DNA of 63,967 bases, filler included, from Squatina squatina (lineage: Eukaryota): assembly GCA_031763465.1 (NCBI GenBank). It is 4 parts of 4 records of this genome, joined end to end, with 100 filler letters (N's around TTAATTAATTAA, not from the genome) between each part and the next. Parts side by side here need not be neighbours in the genome. Positions count along the whole stretch, not along the records: positions 33,182 to 52,084 come from JARFOE010000192.1; 3 more parts are not named here. One strand, given 5' to 3'. The notes under the pieces are model-generated. The model searched no databases. It was not told the origin of the DNA and saw only the letters and a list, made by a program, of their open reading frames with translations. A program made the translations under genes and the position numbers. This document shows, one piece after another, positions 34,104 to 48,500 of this stretch (positions are counted from its first letter, which is position 1; every line of letters starts with the position of its first letter).

Positions 34104-37100
34104 CTATATACAAAGTAATGAGAGACACAGCTCTGCCCAATTACCACACACCAACACAGTACAACAACTCACTGACTAATTATTCATATTGCAACCATAT
34201 TTGATTAATAGCTACGCATAGACCTGTTGTTCTCTACCTGTTGTATTTGTTTTAGAATAGTTAAAACTAACCGGACCAGCAACAGTCCATAGCAAAGACT
34301 AACTGTAAATTCCATTAATCATTTTTGTCTTTTTTTGCAATGAAAAATAATCTTTCTTTACTATACTTAACCTTACTTTTTCCTTTTATACCACTTCATT
34401 TTTAATTATTTATCTTCTGACAGTGCTTGCAGTTTATAGNNNNNNNNNNNNNNNNNNNNNNNNNNNNNNNNNNNNNNNNNNNNNNNNNNNNNNNNNNNNN
34501 NNNNNNNNNNNNNNNNNNNNNNNNNNNNNNNNNNNNNNNCTGCTGGTGGGAAGAGCCTGTCAGTCCTCCTCTCCACACCAGCAACCAGAGTGACAAGGGC
34601 TGGGTCGGAGACCTTGGGTGCTCTGGACCTCCTGGACTCTACAGCTGCCATCGGTTATCAGTGCCTAGCACAGCACAATGCACACGAATCCCTCCTGGGG
34701 TACAAACGAGCTCTAATGTGACTGACCAAAGCAGTGGTTGTGTCTGTAGAAGGAGTCCCTTTAAGGGCTGAGATGGCATGATTGCAGCTCCTTAGATCGT
34801 TTGTTGAATTGGCCCACTGAAACCAGTAAAGTTCAATTAGCGTCGATCAGGGACCCATTAGCGTTGAATTCTGCACGAGTTTTTAAGCTGCCAGAAAATT
34901 TTTAGTAAAGACCCGAATTCCGCAATTTAGCGGGGTAGCGCAAAACGGGCGCTAAAATCACTGTNNNNNNNNNNGCGATTCAAATGCAGGGCAGACCAAT
35001 TGGGTGCCCCAGGTCTCGGGCCCCTTTTACTTGAACTTTGCACATGGGGAATGGGCCTTCCGCAGTGAGGGCGAAGGTCGAGAAAATCATCCCCAAGCAG
35101 TTCTCCAGTTTTCCCTCTGGTGTTTTTCCAATCTCTGGGCAATTGGAATGGCTCATCATTAATGCCTAGCCCTTTTATAGCCCTCTCTGATTTACAAAAT
35201 ACGTCTCCCTGTCTACCCTCACCTCCTTTAACAACTATAACAACACCTCTTAATTCTTTCTTTAATTATTCTAACTTCAATCCACACCGTCTCTGCTGCA
35301 ATAGCCAAAGCACTTGTATAATTTAATTCTTTAGAAGCAATTTCCTCTCTTACCCATATTGCAACTCTTCTGCAGTTTTGTTATATAAGCCCGTCTGTAG
35401 GTGCTAACCCTGGTATTTTAGTTTCCCAGTCAATGTTCTCGTTTAACAGGCTCTCTGTTATTCCTGTCAGCCCACCTTTCCTTTAACACGTGTTCCGTAA
35501 TCTATAAACGTGCTATGCTTCTAGTATTAGTGTTAGTACTTATCTTTCTCCCTTATTTTATTGGGGGCAATTTTCTGACTTTGGAAATTAATGGACAGAA
35601 AATCGTTGGCAGTGTTCAACCAAATTTCTAATATGCAATGCGTGTGGGTGAGACTCTCCATATGGAACACAAACCTTTTTACTGATATTATAACCTCTGT
35701 TTCAATAGTAACTTATGGCAAAGCATTGGCTGTTCTAATAACGTTGTGAAAAAATTGTCTAACGTCCCCTGTTGCTCCTCTAAATAGATACACTTATAAC
35801 TTGAATTAATCAACATTTGGGTTACTGCAGCATCTTCTCATATTTAGCTTATTGACTCATTCTGTGCTTTCTTGTATTCTTATCCACTTTAATCAATTTT
35901 TCTCAATCCTTATAATTACCAGACTTGTGTGGCATTAAATTATAAACAGTTTGATTCTTTAAAGGTTTGGTGAAAACCAAAGCTGTTAAGTACAGGAATC
36001 ACAAAGTAGCAAATGTATTACTGCAGGCTTTAGGGGCGGCCAATTCATGGTAAAACTTCTAGCGTGAAAGTGGCGCAAAACTGGCGTTAGGCCACATTTG
36101 CCGCTAAAACGCAGGCACAAAATTTGGGTCCCATTTGCGCCGGTGCAAAACGGGTGCAGAGCCCATAACTCTCGAGGCGCTGGCGTTAGTCTAAACGCGG
36201 CGCTGNNNNNNNNNNNNNNNNNNNNNNNNNNNNNNNNNNNNNNNNNNNNNNNNNNNNNNNNNNNNNNNNNNNNNNNNNNNNNNNNNNNNNNNNNNNNNNN
36301 NNNNNGATGATCCAGCAAGCAGCACCAAAAGGGACCAGGATGGAAATCTGTTCAGTAACTCTTGGGATATAAAAACAGACTGTGCCAAAAACTAGCAACG
36401 GTGAGACAAAGAGCAGTTAACCCCGTGTTGGTCAAAGGAGGAATTTTGGCCAAGATATTGAGCAACTTGATACCCTTTTATCAAAAAGTGCCGTGAGTTG
36501 TTTAATATCCACCTGATATGTGGGACACCAATCCTCCCTCACTGAGTATGAATCCTTCACTCTGAAAACAGATCCTTCACTCACTGAGTGTCCATCCTCC
36601 CTCATGAGTATCGATCCTCCCTCACTGCAAACTAATCTCAAATACATTCTTGGGAAGAAGAAGAGGCAGAAAGGCGGGTAATTCATTGCAAGGTGCATCA
36701 GAGCAGCCGAGAGAGCCGTGCTGGGCCTGACTGCTTTCATGCTCCTGCTAGGGGCCATAAAAGAGGAGAAACCGTCAACATGTCACAACTAAACAACCAG
36801 CTTGGCCGGAGATTTTTCAACAAGGTCCAATTTTGAGAGGAAATGGACAGAAAGAATTTCAAATTGATCAAAAAAAAATGATAAAACATTTCTAGCAAAG
36901 GATATTACATTTTGAATGTGGGCCTGCTAACATATTAGCACATTCCTATCCCATTTTAATCTTCCCCTCCTTCACAGACTGCCCGACAGGAAACATTTGT
37001 TAGCTGCAGGAGGAGGAAGTATTCGATAACATCAAGAAAGGCATTGCATTGAAGTCTCTAAATTTTCAAATCAAATAGAAAAAAAGTTATCAAACAGATA

Positions 37101-37687
37101 CACATCAGAGTAGTGGATAAGCTTCTTGGCTGACATAACCAGACCATTTCCCCATGAATGCTTTCTGCAGAAAAAAAATACACAATCCAGGCTTAATGGA
37201 TATGCTCTATTTCCCGTTATGTTAATCGACAGTCTGCTTTCATACTACGTTAGCTCTCTGAATCACTATTTGCTTCCTTTCTATAACTTATAGAATTGTT
37301 TTCGTTTGGGTTATCCCCTCTATATTTATCATAGGCCTCTTTTTAAATCTAATTTTTGCTATGCCCCTTTTATTTATTTATGAACTCTTGTTTTGATGTA
37401 CCTCTTTACTCCTCATTGGAATGTATTTAATCCGCAACATCCTATCTAACATTTAAATATACTATTTTTGAAATTAGTTACTTCCCAGTCCAATACTTAC
37501 TTACCTGTTATTCCTCTTTTTTCTTTACCAATTTCAAATATGCGAACTCAATTAGGTTATAGTCATTACTTCCCAAATGTTCCTCAAGTTATTTCCTGCT
37601 TTGTTACCTTTGTTCCTCAGAATGATTAACTGTGTCCTTATCACAACCGAGTAATCAAAATTAAATATTTCCATTACCTATGTGGAC

Positions 37688-38126
37688 TTGGTGCAGTCAG
37701 CGCCCACTGGAAGGAGCACTTCAAGGAACTCCTCAACCAAGACTCGGTCCTCAACGTCCAAGCCCTCGATTCCATCCCACAGCATCCTACCCATCACAAC
37801 TCAGCACAATCCCTGCCCAACACATTGTTGAAAAGGCCATCCGGCAGCTGAAAAATAACAAGGCCTTCGGCGTGGATGAATACTAAAATACGGTGGAGAG
37901 GTCCTCGTGGCATGAATCCATGACCTCACCTCCCTCATCTGGGAGGAGGACAGCATGCCAAGAGATCTCAGAGACGCCATAATCGTGACCATCTTCAAGA
38001 AAGGAGACAAGTCCAATTGCAGAAATTACAGAGGGGTCTCCCTGCTGTCCGCCACAGGGAAGGTCATCGCAAGAATCCTCCTCAATCATCTCCTGTCAGT
38101 GGCTGAAGAGCTCCTCCCTGAGTCAC
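37688..38126 (+). mobile_element. RTE (BovB-like) LINE RT fragment
   Basis: WKEHFKELLN...MPRDLRDAIIVTIFKKGDKSNCRNYRGVSLLSATGKVIARILLNHL..AEELLPES. Confidence 0.88.
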
Positions 38127-38260
38127 NNNNNNNNNNNNNNNNNNNNNNNNNNNNNNNNNNNNNNNNNNNNNNNNNNNNNNNNNNNNNNNNNNNNNNNNNN
38201 NNNNNNNNNNNNNNNNNNNNNNNNNNAAGGAACAAAAGGCATCTAAACACAGACAGACAC

Positions 38261-38368
38261 CTTGTACTGTGATCTGTAACTGAAAACAGGGGCTTTCGTG
38301 CCAGTCATTCAAAGTAATGGTTACAGTGCACCCTTTTTCCCTGCTGAAAGCTTTGCCTGGGAAACAGC
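38261..38368 (-). CDS. Candidate internal coding exon, gene unidentified
   Basis: ctctcccccag|...|gtgtct, 108 bp, phase 1-1, open: CFPGKAFSREKGCTVTITLNDWHESPCFQLQITVQ. Confidence 0.4.
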
Positions 38369-39155
38369 CTGGGGGAGAGAAGGCAAGTTATAAGGAAGGG
38401 AGATGAAAGATTACTGTATGATGAGGCATTCCTGCACTGAAATTAAGATGGTATTCAGCTGAAGCTGATTATAAGTTACTAGCTGGCTGCACCTGGAGCA
38501 TTTAAGTTCTGAATGATGGAGCCTAATTGCAAAGTCAGTGTCAGGTTACTCATCTGATCAGTGTAGCGTGTGGCATAATTACACAGGAGTAGTCACCAAC
38601 ACCAGTATTACATGCTAAGAGGTCTTTTCGCCATTTTGGCAAATGTTTTTAATCAAACAACAAGTCTAATGTTATAGGAGATCCATTAGTAAATATTAAC
38701 AAGTTAATGAAATAGTTTATTACTTGAGAATCATATTAACAAGGTGTTACATAATTACAACTATCTATTACTCCCAACTGTCACAGATCAGCTTCATGTT
38801 AAAGGGCTACTGAGCAAAAAAAAATGATGTGAACAGGACATAAACTACCTATTGCACTAAAGTATAATAATTGTGAGGGAAGATTTGATATTTTCACCAT
38901 TTCTAGTGAAAATATAAAAGTATTCTAAATGGAGANNNNNNNNNNNNNNNNNNNNNNNNNNNNNNNNNNNNNNNNNNNNNNNNNNNNNNNNNNNNNNNNN
39001 NNNNNNNNNNNNNNNNNNNNNNNNNNNNNNNNNNNGTATCTGCTGAATGGGTGCAGTTATGATCTATCAAGAAGGGATAAACTTGTTGGGTTTAATGCTT
39101 TTTTCTATTCCTAAAAATTCTTATGTAAACTGCTTCTGCACATCTATGAGATAAT

Positions 39156-39882
39156 GGCCCGGAATTTGTGGTCCGCAATGAAGCAAAGACATTCGCTCCG
39201 AAGAAAGCTGCCAAACAGATCTTGCAACCTCTGTGGCGAGAAGTTTGCCTTTTTCGGCACGTAATTGATTTTAGCGCAATGTAGTGGGGATTCCCTAGCG
39301 CTGTGGTGTTAACAAGCTGTCTAAGCAGCCAATCACATTGCAGAATTCTCAGACAGGGAACCAGGAAATGAGAACCTGCTTTCATCCCAACTTTTTAAAA
39401 ATGTTACAGAGAGCAAAACAAAGATTGGGACTCTCACATGGGGATAAGGCAGAACCTGAAATAATCACGAACAAACTTAAAAAAAAGTTTAAACTTTTTA
39501 AAAAGTATCTTAAAAATTGTAATTTTTATCATAATGGAGAAATTTGACACTCCACAAAATTAAAATTATTTTTTCAGGGCCATAATGTTTGTTTGGCAGT
39601 CAATATGCTGTTAAAACCCCAGTTACACCTAAGCCAACAAGGCCTATCATTTAATGGGGCATTTAACAGTGATGTTACCGTGGAAAAGCCTATGTTTTGG
39701 TCCGTTTCACTGATTTCACTGATTATACTGATTGCCAGCTATGGCTGAGGTGGGGTGCTCAGTACAGCTAGTGCTGGAGCAGTGAATGACCAGGTGTCTA
39801 TGTGCTACATCCTGAGGTTGTGGTGAGTTTCAAAGGGGTAATGACAGTGAACGCTGTTATTACCCACTGCAAATTCCGGTCC
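39156..39882. mobile_element. Complete MITE (PIF/Harbinger-like) with 3-bp AAT TSD
   Basis: TIRs ggcccggaatttgtggt / actgcaaattccggtcc; aat on both flanks. Confidence 0.8.
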
Positions 39883-40040
39883 AATGTCTAAATGCGCTGC
39901 AGGGGACAAGTGAACGCAAACAATATTCTAAAGAACTTAGGCCAAGAATTTTCTAGACAGCCACTGGAGTCAAACCTCCCATTACACATTTGTAAGGACT
40001 GATAATTCTTCCTATTGAGGAGGACAGGGAAGGGACCATA

Positions 40041-40183
40041 TTATATCGGTTTGAGCTCCCCTTGTGTCTTTATTAGTGCTTCAAATAGAAGCAGGGTAAA
40101 TACTTCTTGCAACAGCAGTTTTGCAATACCAATGTTTGTTATTGGAACATTCCTCTCTATTTCTGTATATCCAGACATAATGC
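40041..40183 (-). CDS. Possible terminal coding exon, unidentified
   Basis: ctttaaag| then open frame IMSGYTEIERNVPITNIGIAKLLLQEVFTLLLFEALIKTQGELKPI*. Confidence 0.2.
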
Positions 40184-42619
40184 CTTTAAAGATGTAAAGG
40201 CTATGTATAGTTGGGAGTTAAATGACAGATTTTCTAAGATAACATTAATTGATGGTGAGATGTAATAACAGCTATCCATGTACAGTTCATTCATATTATG
40301 GTAAAATTGATACAGAGGACACACATGGTATTCATTTTAGTTATTTTTACGCTGAACATTCTTTCAGATTTAGTCATTATTTTGTGGTTTGAACATCTAG
40401 AATGTGCCAGAATGATTTTGAATATAAAGTATTAAGATTACATCAAGCATTTTTCATCAACCAACTTGTTTATAAATGCTGTATATGCAGTCAAAGCTCA
40501 AAGTACAAAACCCCACATGCGAAGATGTTTTTGTAGCATTCCTGTTTGTACTTATTTTCGAAAGAGCAAAATGACTGCAGGGTTTGTCTTTTCAAACAGA
40601 TCATCTGAAATCAGTACTTACACATCAAGGGCTAGAAATTGCATAGCACCCCGTTTTGGGCGGTAACTTTTCAGGGAGTGCCAGGTGAAAAATAATTTTT
40701 GTTCCNNNNNNNNNNNNNNNNNNNNNNNNNNNNNNNNNNNNNNNNNNNNNNNNNNNNNNNNNNNNNNNNNNNNNNNNNNNNNNNNNNNNNNNNNNNNNNN
40801 NNNNNAAAATCAGCATTTAAAAAAAAAACATTTGCTCTCATTTAAATGATTAAAATTTTCTCCCCACCGGTGACATCACCAAAAACCCTGGCGGTGTCAC
40901 CGCTACTTTTAAAGGCCAGTAACTTACCTGAATTCCCGGGCGGCTGGTCATTCTCAGCGTTGCGCACACTGATGACGTCATGGACGCCACCTAGTGCCGT
41001 CCGCTGCGCTGGGCCCCGACTAATTGCCCGGCGCGGCAGCTAAGACTGAAAAACGGCGTTCGGCGTCGAATGCCGTTTTGCCGACGATTATCAGTGGCCG
41101 GTAAGAGACTAATTATCCGCCCCATAGGAACTTAGGAACAGAAGTAGGCCATTCAGACCCTCGTGCCTGCATCACCATTAATTAAATCTTGGCTGATCTG
41201 CGCCAATCTGATTGGTTATACGTTATATTTGTAGTTCCACATAGTTGGCTGTTAAAGCTGTTCACGTTCTGCCAAGTATAAAGGAAAAGGAACATTTGAA
41301 AAGTTAATTTCTGTCTTGTGTATGATAAATTAGCACTGCTGCCGAAACAGAAAACATGCCGCATTTAGAAACAGTTTTTCAACTTGCCAATGTGAACTAT
41401 GGCTTTCAGCTGTTTCAGCTGCTGATAGGAAGAAAGGTGGCCAGAATTTTACTGTCTGCACCTGCAACACATTTACTAAAACATTCTGGACCCTTGAGGA
41501 CAAAGAATAGTGTGGAGTGCAGTGGCCTAATCACAAAGGAATGGCATTTTGCAGAGAAATCCCAGGCTTATTTTAATCCATTGAGCAACATTTTTGGTCA
41601 AACTGGGGTTAAAAAGCAATTTACAATTTGTGCGTGAATGTGTGAATTATGTCTGCTCTGTCGAGGAACGTATATCTCAGCTTCTTGCATCACTCAGAGA
41701 AAGAATCCTGTTCATAGAATACATTTTAAAAAGTGCCAGAAAACAAGCCTACACAGCAGTCTNNNNNNNNNNNNNNNNNNNNNNNNNNNNNNNNNNNNNN
41801 NNNNNNNNNNNNNNNNNNNNNNNNNNNNNNNNNNNNNNNNNNNNNNNNNNNNNNNNNNNNNNTGAATGATTATGTTTTGCTGAATGCGTTTCATAATGCA
41901 ATTCGCTCAAAATTACGAATTATTAATGAATGAAGACAACAGACATAAATGCAGGCGATGGAATATTGGGAAATTAAATTATTATAAACTGTAAAGTGCA
42001 TGAAACATATATCTTTTTACAGCCTTGACTGAGAGAATGGAAAATGCTGATATATTGTTTTTGGATTTGGTTCAGCTATAGCCGAGCCTTTGGAAGGATA
42101 AGTTAGTGTAATTTTCTCCTTCCTAGACCCTTTCTCCTCAAAGCTGTCCAGCTCTGCTCCCTCCATGATACTATGAGGTTGATTTTAATTCGGGATGCGT
42201 TTGAGCGGGCAGGATGGGAGGGCTCAATGTGAGGCCCGGGCCATTTCAACTCCCGGGCCTCATTCAAAAACTCAAAGCCAGGGCTGGGAGGTGGGAGCTG
42301 AAATTGGGAGGGGGATTGAAGACACTGGGAAGGAGAGGAAAGGCTGGGGCTGGAGAGTTTCAAGGGTTCCTTATGTGGCCCACTATGCACCCCTGCTCTA
42401 CCTGATCCACAAGTAATCCTCCAAATGTTTAAATTTATATATCAAGCTTGGCCTTTTCTGATCATTCCACTCCCATGAGGACCCACTGTCAGGTTTGACC
42501 CTGTGTGGGCATCCTGAATNNNNNNNNNNNNNNNNNNNNNNNNNNNNNNNNNNNNNNNNNNNNNNNNNNNNNNNNNNNNNNNNNNNNNNNNNNNNNNNNN
42601 NNNNNNNNNNNNNNNNNNN

Positions 42620-42852
42620 CATTGCTGTGGGTCTGGAGTCACATATAGACCAGATCCGGTAACGACGGCAGATTTCCTTCTCTAAAGGACATTAGTGAGC
42701 CAGATGGGCTTTTACAACAACAAGCTTTTTAATCCAGATTTAAATTTAAACTTCCCGGCTGTCGTAGTGGGATTTGAAGTGATATCTCCAGATCATTAGT
42801 CCAAACCTCTGGATTATAAGTCCAGTCACATAACCACTATGCTACTGTTCCC
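42620..42852 (-). mobile_element. tRNA-derived SINE 5' part
   Basis: Minus strand gggaacagtagcatagtggttatgtgactggact (A box)...ttcaaatcccac (B box); same family as 22283. Confidence 0.8.
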
Positions 42853-45301
42853 GTTATTGCCTGCACGGTAGATGATTTGCCTTTATTTGTAAATTGCTGG
42901 TTTTTAAATAATGAAACAAAACAGAGGTATAATATCTTGTTAAGGGCTTGTTAATGACTTGGATGTATGAGCTGAAGACTTTTACATAGAAACAGTAAAG
43001 GAATGTACAATCCATTGTTGCATTACAGCTAACACATATACTAAGTAAGAATTAATATGCATTAATTTTGTTAAGAGCTTGTTAAGCACCTATGAACGGT
43101 AAATGTGAAAATTTACTCACACTCATCAAATGTACTTGCGATTAATAATAACTTCTGAAGATGATAAGGCAACAAAAAGAGTTAGCAAAGGTCGAGCGTG
43201 AAGTCCCATTCAATAGAAATTAAAATCTGGTGGGGTGTAAAATGGGCAAATTTAATAGAGGGTTCAGAATTATCAAGTGGTTTGATGTGTTATCAATGCC
43301 CTAATGGTAATCACATTTGTTGTAAACAAAGCTCAATGTAGGTTCTGCCTTAAAAAGTAACTATCAAAATGGTCTGAACGGCATCACCCCTGCAGGTAAT
43401 CTTGCTGACATGTGTGGCATGTTGTTAACAGAAACAAGGATTAATAACATGCAGTCTTCTGGGTGGTCTTTCTTTGTACAGGCTCAGGTGGCAAACATTT
43501 TGCTAACAGCAACAACACAACCACCTTGTCCTTTTCCATAGCTCCAGCTTTTACTGCTTTGTTTTCAATCCAATTTGGAAAATATTTGGCACAGAGCCTT
43601 GACGACTCCTCCCCACACCCGTCAAAAACCCACAATGCTTTATCCATGAGACGGTTTTTCAAAACACTCATTATCATAAAGCTCAAATGGAAATTATAAA
43701 TCTTATTTAACACTCCATTAATGAGCATCTAAAACATTCTAGTGCCAACTTTTATTTCTCTTCATATTTTTATGAGCAAGTAATAGTTCCAGGCTGAGCT
43801 GTCAGAAAAAATAAAGAACAGATTTAATATTTGTTAAGGGCTTGTTAATGACTGGGATGTACTAGCTGAAGACTTTTACATAGAAACAGTAAAGGAATGT
43901 ACAATTCATTGTTGTATTACAGCTAAAGCATATNNNNNNNNNNNNNNNNNNNNNNNNNNNNNNNNNNNNNNNNNNNNNNNNNNNNNNNNNNNNNNNNNNN
44001 NNNNNNNNNNNNNNNNNNNNNNNNNNNNNNNNNTCAGCCAAAAGGAACTGTTGGCACAGCAATAGCTCTGATATGCGCAAGCTTTGTCATTCCTCATTAC
44101 TGAAACATATACCAGCAATACTATGCTACTCAGCTGACCATTTTTTGCTGGTCTAACACTTATTTCATTTATTAAAAATTCAATACCAGCATTTGTGGTT
44201 TCTTTAATGAAAGCTTTGGATTTTCTTTTTTACCATATTAGACCTCATTTTCAAGACTCAGTGGCTGCATATTCGTTTGCCTGAGTGAGATTGCGCAGGA
44301 TTACAATGCAAGTATGTCAACTATATTGATGAAATTTGGCAAAGTGTTGCAGCACAATGAAAAAGTCAAGTTCAATTCTGAACAAACAAACTTTGGGAAT
44401 GGTGACCATAAGAATCTCATAAAACAGATTTTTAACAACTATTGCAAGTACACCCTGAACAAAACATGCTGTGATGCAACAGAATGCTCCTTCCACCTCA
44501 TTAACCTTAATCCTTATTGAAGCTCCCAAACTGCACTAGTCTCACTCTGGGTTGGCATCAGATTAACGTCTGTTTTAGTTAGTTTAAAGGTTCAGAGTTG
44601 GAGCTCATGTTTCAGTCTCTGGGTAGGAATAAAATGACATAACATTTTCCAACTGTAATGTATTAACCACACACCATTAACATTTTAATAACCATTTAGG
44701 GAGTAACAGGTTCTTTATTGCAGGAAATAAGAAACGAGGCTCAGTGGTGACCTATTATTCCAAAATGATTTAAACATCAAGAAGGCTGCAGCTGTGTTTT
44801 TCCACATTACCTTTGGGTCTTTTTCACAGCCCCCACATTGTAAGTCTTTGAAGAGATAGTAGGCGTAGCCACTGAGCAACATTCGTTACCATAATTAACA
44901 TCTGCAGATCATCCCTACTCTGGTACCTCCGTCTTTCTTCTAATGTTTTCAGAGTTTGACTCATGAGATTAGGCACAATTTTAAAACCATTACACAGCTT
45001 GGAGAAAACAAGTTTAAATTTCATAATACAGTAAGAACTATTCAAAATCTCCGTTGATAATCTTGCCCCTATTTATTAGAAATTTTGTTCAATGCCGCCT
45101 GTTATTTTCCAATGTAATTTCATCCTCAGTACATTCCCCTCTTAAGGTTAGATTTTTTTGAAAATTGATTTGATTCTATGAGGCCTTGTCTGCACTTCAA
45201 TAGCTGTTCTGAAAACTATTGCCATTTTGGAGATTAGACAGAATGATGCACATTTCCAAAATGCTTACAGCGGAGTGATACAAATGCTTAATATTCCATG
45301 G

Positions 45302-45573
45302 CAAATTTGTCAAACATGATTTCCCTTTCATAAAACCATGTTGACTCTGCCTAATCATGCTACGATTTTCTAAGTGTCCTGATACCACTTCCTTAACAAT
45401 GGATTCCAATATTTTCCCAACCACTGTTGTCAGGCTAACTGCTCTGTAGTTCCATGTTTTCTCTCTCCCTCCTGTCTTAAATAGAGGTATTATATTTGCT
45501 ACTTTCCAATCCGCTGGGACTGTTCTAGAACCGAGGGAATTTTGGGAGATCACAACCAATGTATCCACTGTCT
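45302..45573 (-). mobile_element. CR1 RT fragment
   Basis: VPADWKVANIIPLFKTGGREKTWNYRAVSLTTVVGKILE...QHGFMKGKSCLTNL. Confidence 0.9.
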
Positions 45574-48500
45574 NNNNNNNNNNNNNNNNNNNNNNNNNNN
45601 NNNNNNNNNNNNNNNNNNNNNNNNNNNNNNNNNNNNNNNNNNNNNNNNNNNNNNNNNNNNNNNNNNNNNNNNNGTAAAACATTTGTGAAGCAGGGTTGCT
45701 GGATCATGCATCAGGCTGTAGAAAATCTGTGATTTGCACCTCAGCACTTTCTATCCGAGTCTTTCTTTGCTCCCTGTAAGTACCATGCTCAAACTAAAAG
45801 ACATCTATCTGTTATCGTTAACTCTGGCTTCACCATCTAATCTTCAGAAGGAAGACAGTCACGAGGTTCATACAGCACAAAAGGAAGCCATTCGGCCCAT
45901 CATGCCTGCACACGCTCTTTGGTAGAGCTATCCAATTAGTCCCACTCCCCAGCTCATTCCCTATAGTCCTGTAAATATGAATATTCCAGGGCTTACAACA
46001 GTTGCGAGTACTGTAATTTATTTTTTAAGTTTCACAATTTGCTAGTGGGACAGGTATATGATAGCACCCAGAGGTACCTGAAAGATGCCAAAAGCAGAGA
46101 AGGTAAAAGTGTCTGTCACCTTTGGCATTGATATGACTGTGCTGGCTGCAGAATCAGTTACCAACTCTCAAATCCTGGCGGAGACCCAACACGATTAATA
46201 AGCATAAACTTCCTTAATATTGGTAGCTTTGCATGAGCTGAGGTTAAGAAACATACAGGGGTAGGGTGTCAACCTCAACTGTTACATTTCCCTGCTTCTG
46301 CAGCGCACCAAAGAAATAAAATTCCCTGCTGCTTCCTCGGTCAGTGTTCAAGAGCTCCAGTGGGTTTGCCTGCTTATATTTTCATCACACTCAAAATTTG
46401 ATTCAATCAGAGTTCACAGTCAATGAGTTAGCTAGCGAAACTTGGAAAAATGTGTAGAGTGGGCCTTTAGATGCATTTGTGTGATGCAAAAAAAAATCTG
46501 GTTCTCAATTATTCACCAAAATTTTTACCATAATTACTTGACAAGTAAAATATGTAGTAACACAATTCCTACTTGTTTATTTTATTATTAAGGAATATCT
46601 CAGGGTTTCACTGGCTCTGATACTGTAATCAGATTGGAGTGTGTACTAAATCATTAGGCAACATCATTTGCATGGAACATGATACAAGAGCAAAAAGTTC
46701 AGCCAGAGGCAGCTGCCTTCCAGCTTATTAAATTATTAAAGAGCAATATTGTAATTGCACACAATGCCAGAAGTGAAGAAATTAATTCACAGCTGTAACT
46801 GTTTGCAGATGTGACAAAACTTAACTCCAGAATTCACAAGGGAGATGGCCTACCTTCAATTCAACAAATCCCTCCAGGCAGCCAGCAGCTCAAGTTGTAG
46901 ATGGTTGTAATGTTCTTGATTACAAGGCTTGTTCCCAGAGCTGCCTATCTTTTGAGTCTTCTTGCCTATTAAGTGAGTTTTATCATCTCTTAGCCCAGAC
47001 AACTAAAAGAAGCACAAACCCAAATCACAGCACTTCATATCAGAGAAAGGAAAGCTGACATGGTCAAGATCANNNNNNNNNNNNNNNNNNNNNNNNNNNN
47101 NNNNNNNNNNNNNNNNNNNNNNNNNNNNNNNNNNNNNNNNNNNNNNNNNNNNNNNNNNNNNNNNNNNNNNNNCACCGTGCTCAAAGCATCTGACCATGGT
47201 GTCTAGTTGTCGCAGTGATGCACCCTGGTATTCAGATTCGCAACAACTCACTGCAGAGCCGGTCGTCACGGTGACACAGTGTAATGCTCCTTCTTCTCAC
47301 TATGATTCCTCCATTTTTGTTTTGCAGTTGTTTACCATGGTATTCTTCATTCTTACAACAACCCACCATGCTGCTGAAGAAGCTTTCATTTCTGCTACAC
47401 CCGTGGGGCTCCAATATCTGAGTTGGACTCTGGACTACACACATTTATTTCTGGGATTCTCACAGAAAATCATTGGCATGCTCAGAATACTCTAATGTAT
47501 AATAGTAATTTGTTTCAAGAACATTTATCACAGCACAGCACTATAATGCTCTCATAGGAATTCAGCACCACACTCTGCTGTCTGACAGGGATTTACTGCA
47601 GCATTTTTGGTTCTCACAGTAATTTACTCAGACTGTCTTGTCTCTTCTTTTTTCATACTTACTCCTCACAGATATTTGGTCTTGTGCTCCTGGCATTCTC
47701 ATTTCATTCATGGGTTCACCAACATGCCCTTAGGTTTTGCAGGGATTTGCCGGGACAAACCTCAATCANNNNNNNNNNNNNNNNNNNNNNNNNNNNNNNN
47801 NNNNNNNNNNNNNNNNNNNNNNNNNNNNNNNNNNNNNNNNNNNNNNNNNNNNNNNNNNNNNNNNNNNNACCCAAGCTACCAGGAAAGTGATTAAAATAAG
47901 GATATCATTGGTAAGTAGGAGAAATGTGGAAAAAGCTCCCTCTTCTCATAGTGGATAACAGAAAATAGTGATGTAGTGTTAAAAAGGAACAATCCTTCCT
48001 ATGATTAAAACATGATTAGAAGGTCATCAAAATAACACATTGATGCACTAACATAGTGTGGCATGGAGTTACAGATTACAATTTAATACCGATAATTTCC
48101 TGTCTCTGAGGAACACAAAATCTGAGGGCAAGTCAAAGTGAGTTCCTCTTCCTTATTTCTTAGCATAGCTCCTCTCATACAGAGGAAAAGCCAGTCTCGA
48201 AAAATATTGCATGCCTACCTTCTTGGTTTGAGAATTGTACACGGTGGAAAAAATATAAAAGAAACATGAGGAATAAATTATAGATTTTCTTTAGCTAGGT
48301 AAAGAGATTAAACAAAGATACTCACTGAGCATCTATCTCATGGGGTGGGGGGAGAGAAGGGGGACAAGCCCTAATTCACATTTCAAATATAGCACAATCC
48401 CCATCCCTCAGGATTTCACTAGTCAGTGGTCTCTACCACAGTTGTGTGATCTAATAACAGCTGCAAGTGACCTAGATAAGCACTGATATTGGTTCTGTGT

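Noticed and set aside
44314-44529. Short overlapping ORFs on both strands
   Set aside because: No splice signals or recognisable motifs; consistent with chance.
47196-47495. 99-aa ORF with a hydrophobic stretch
   Set aside because: No exon boundaries or homology; adjacent to a gap.
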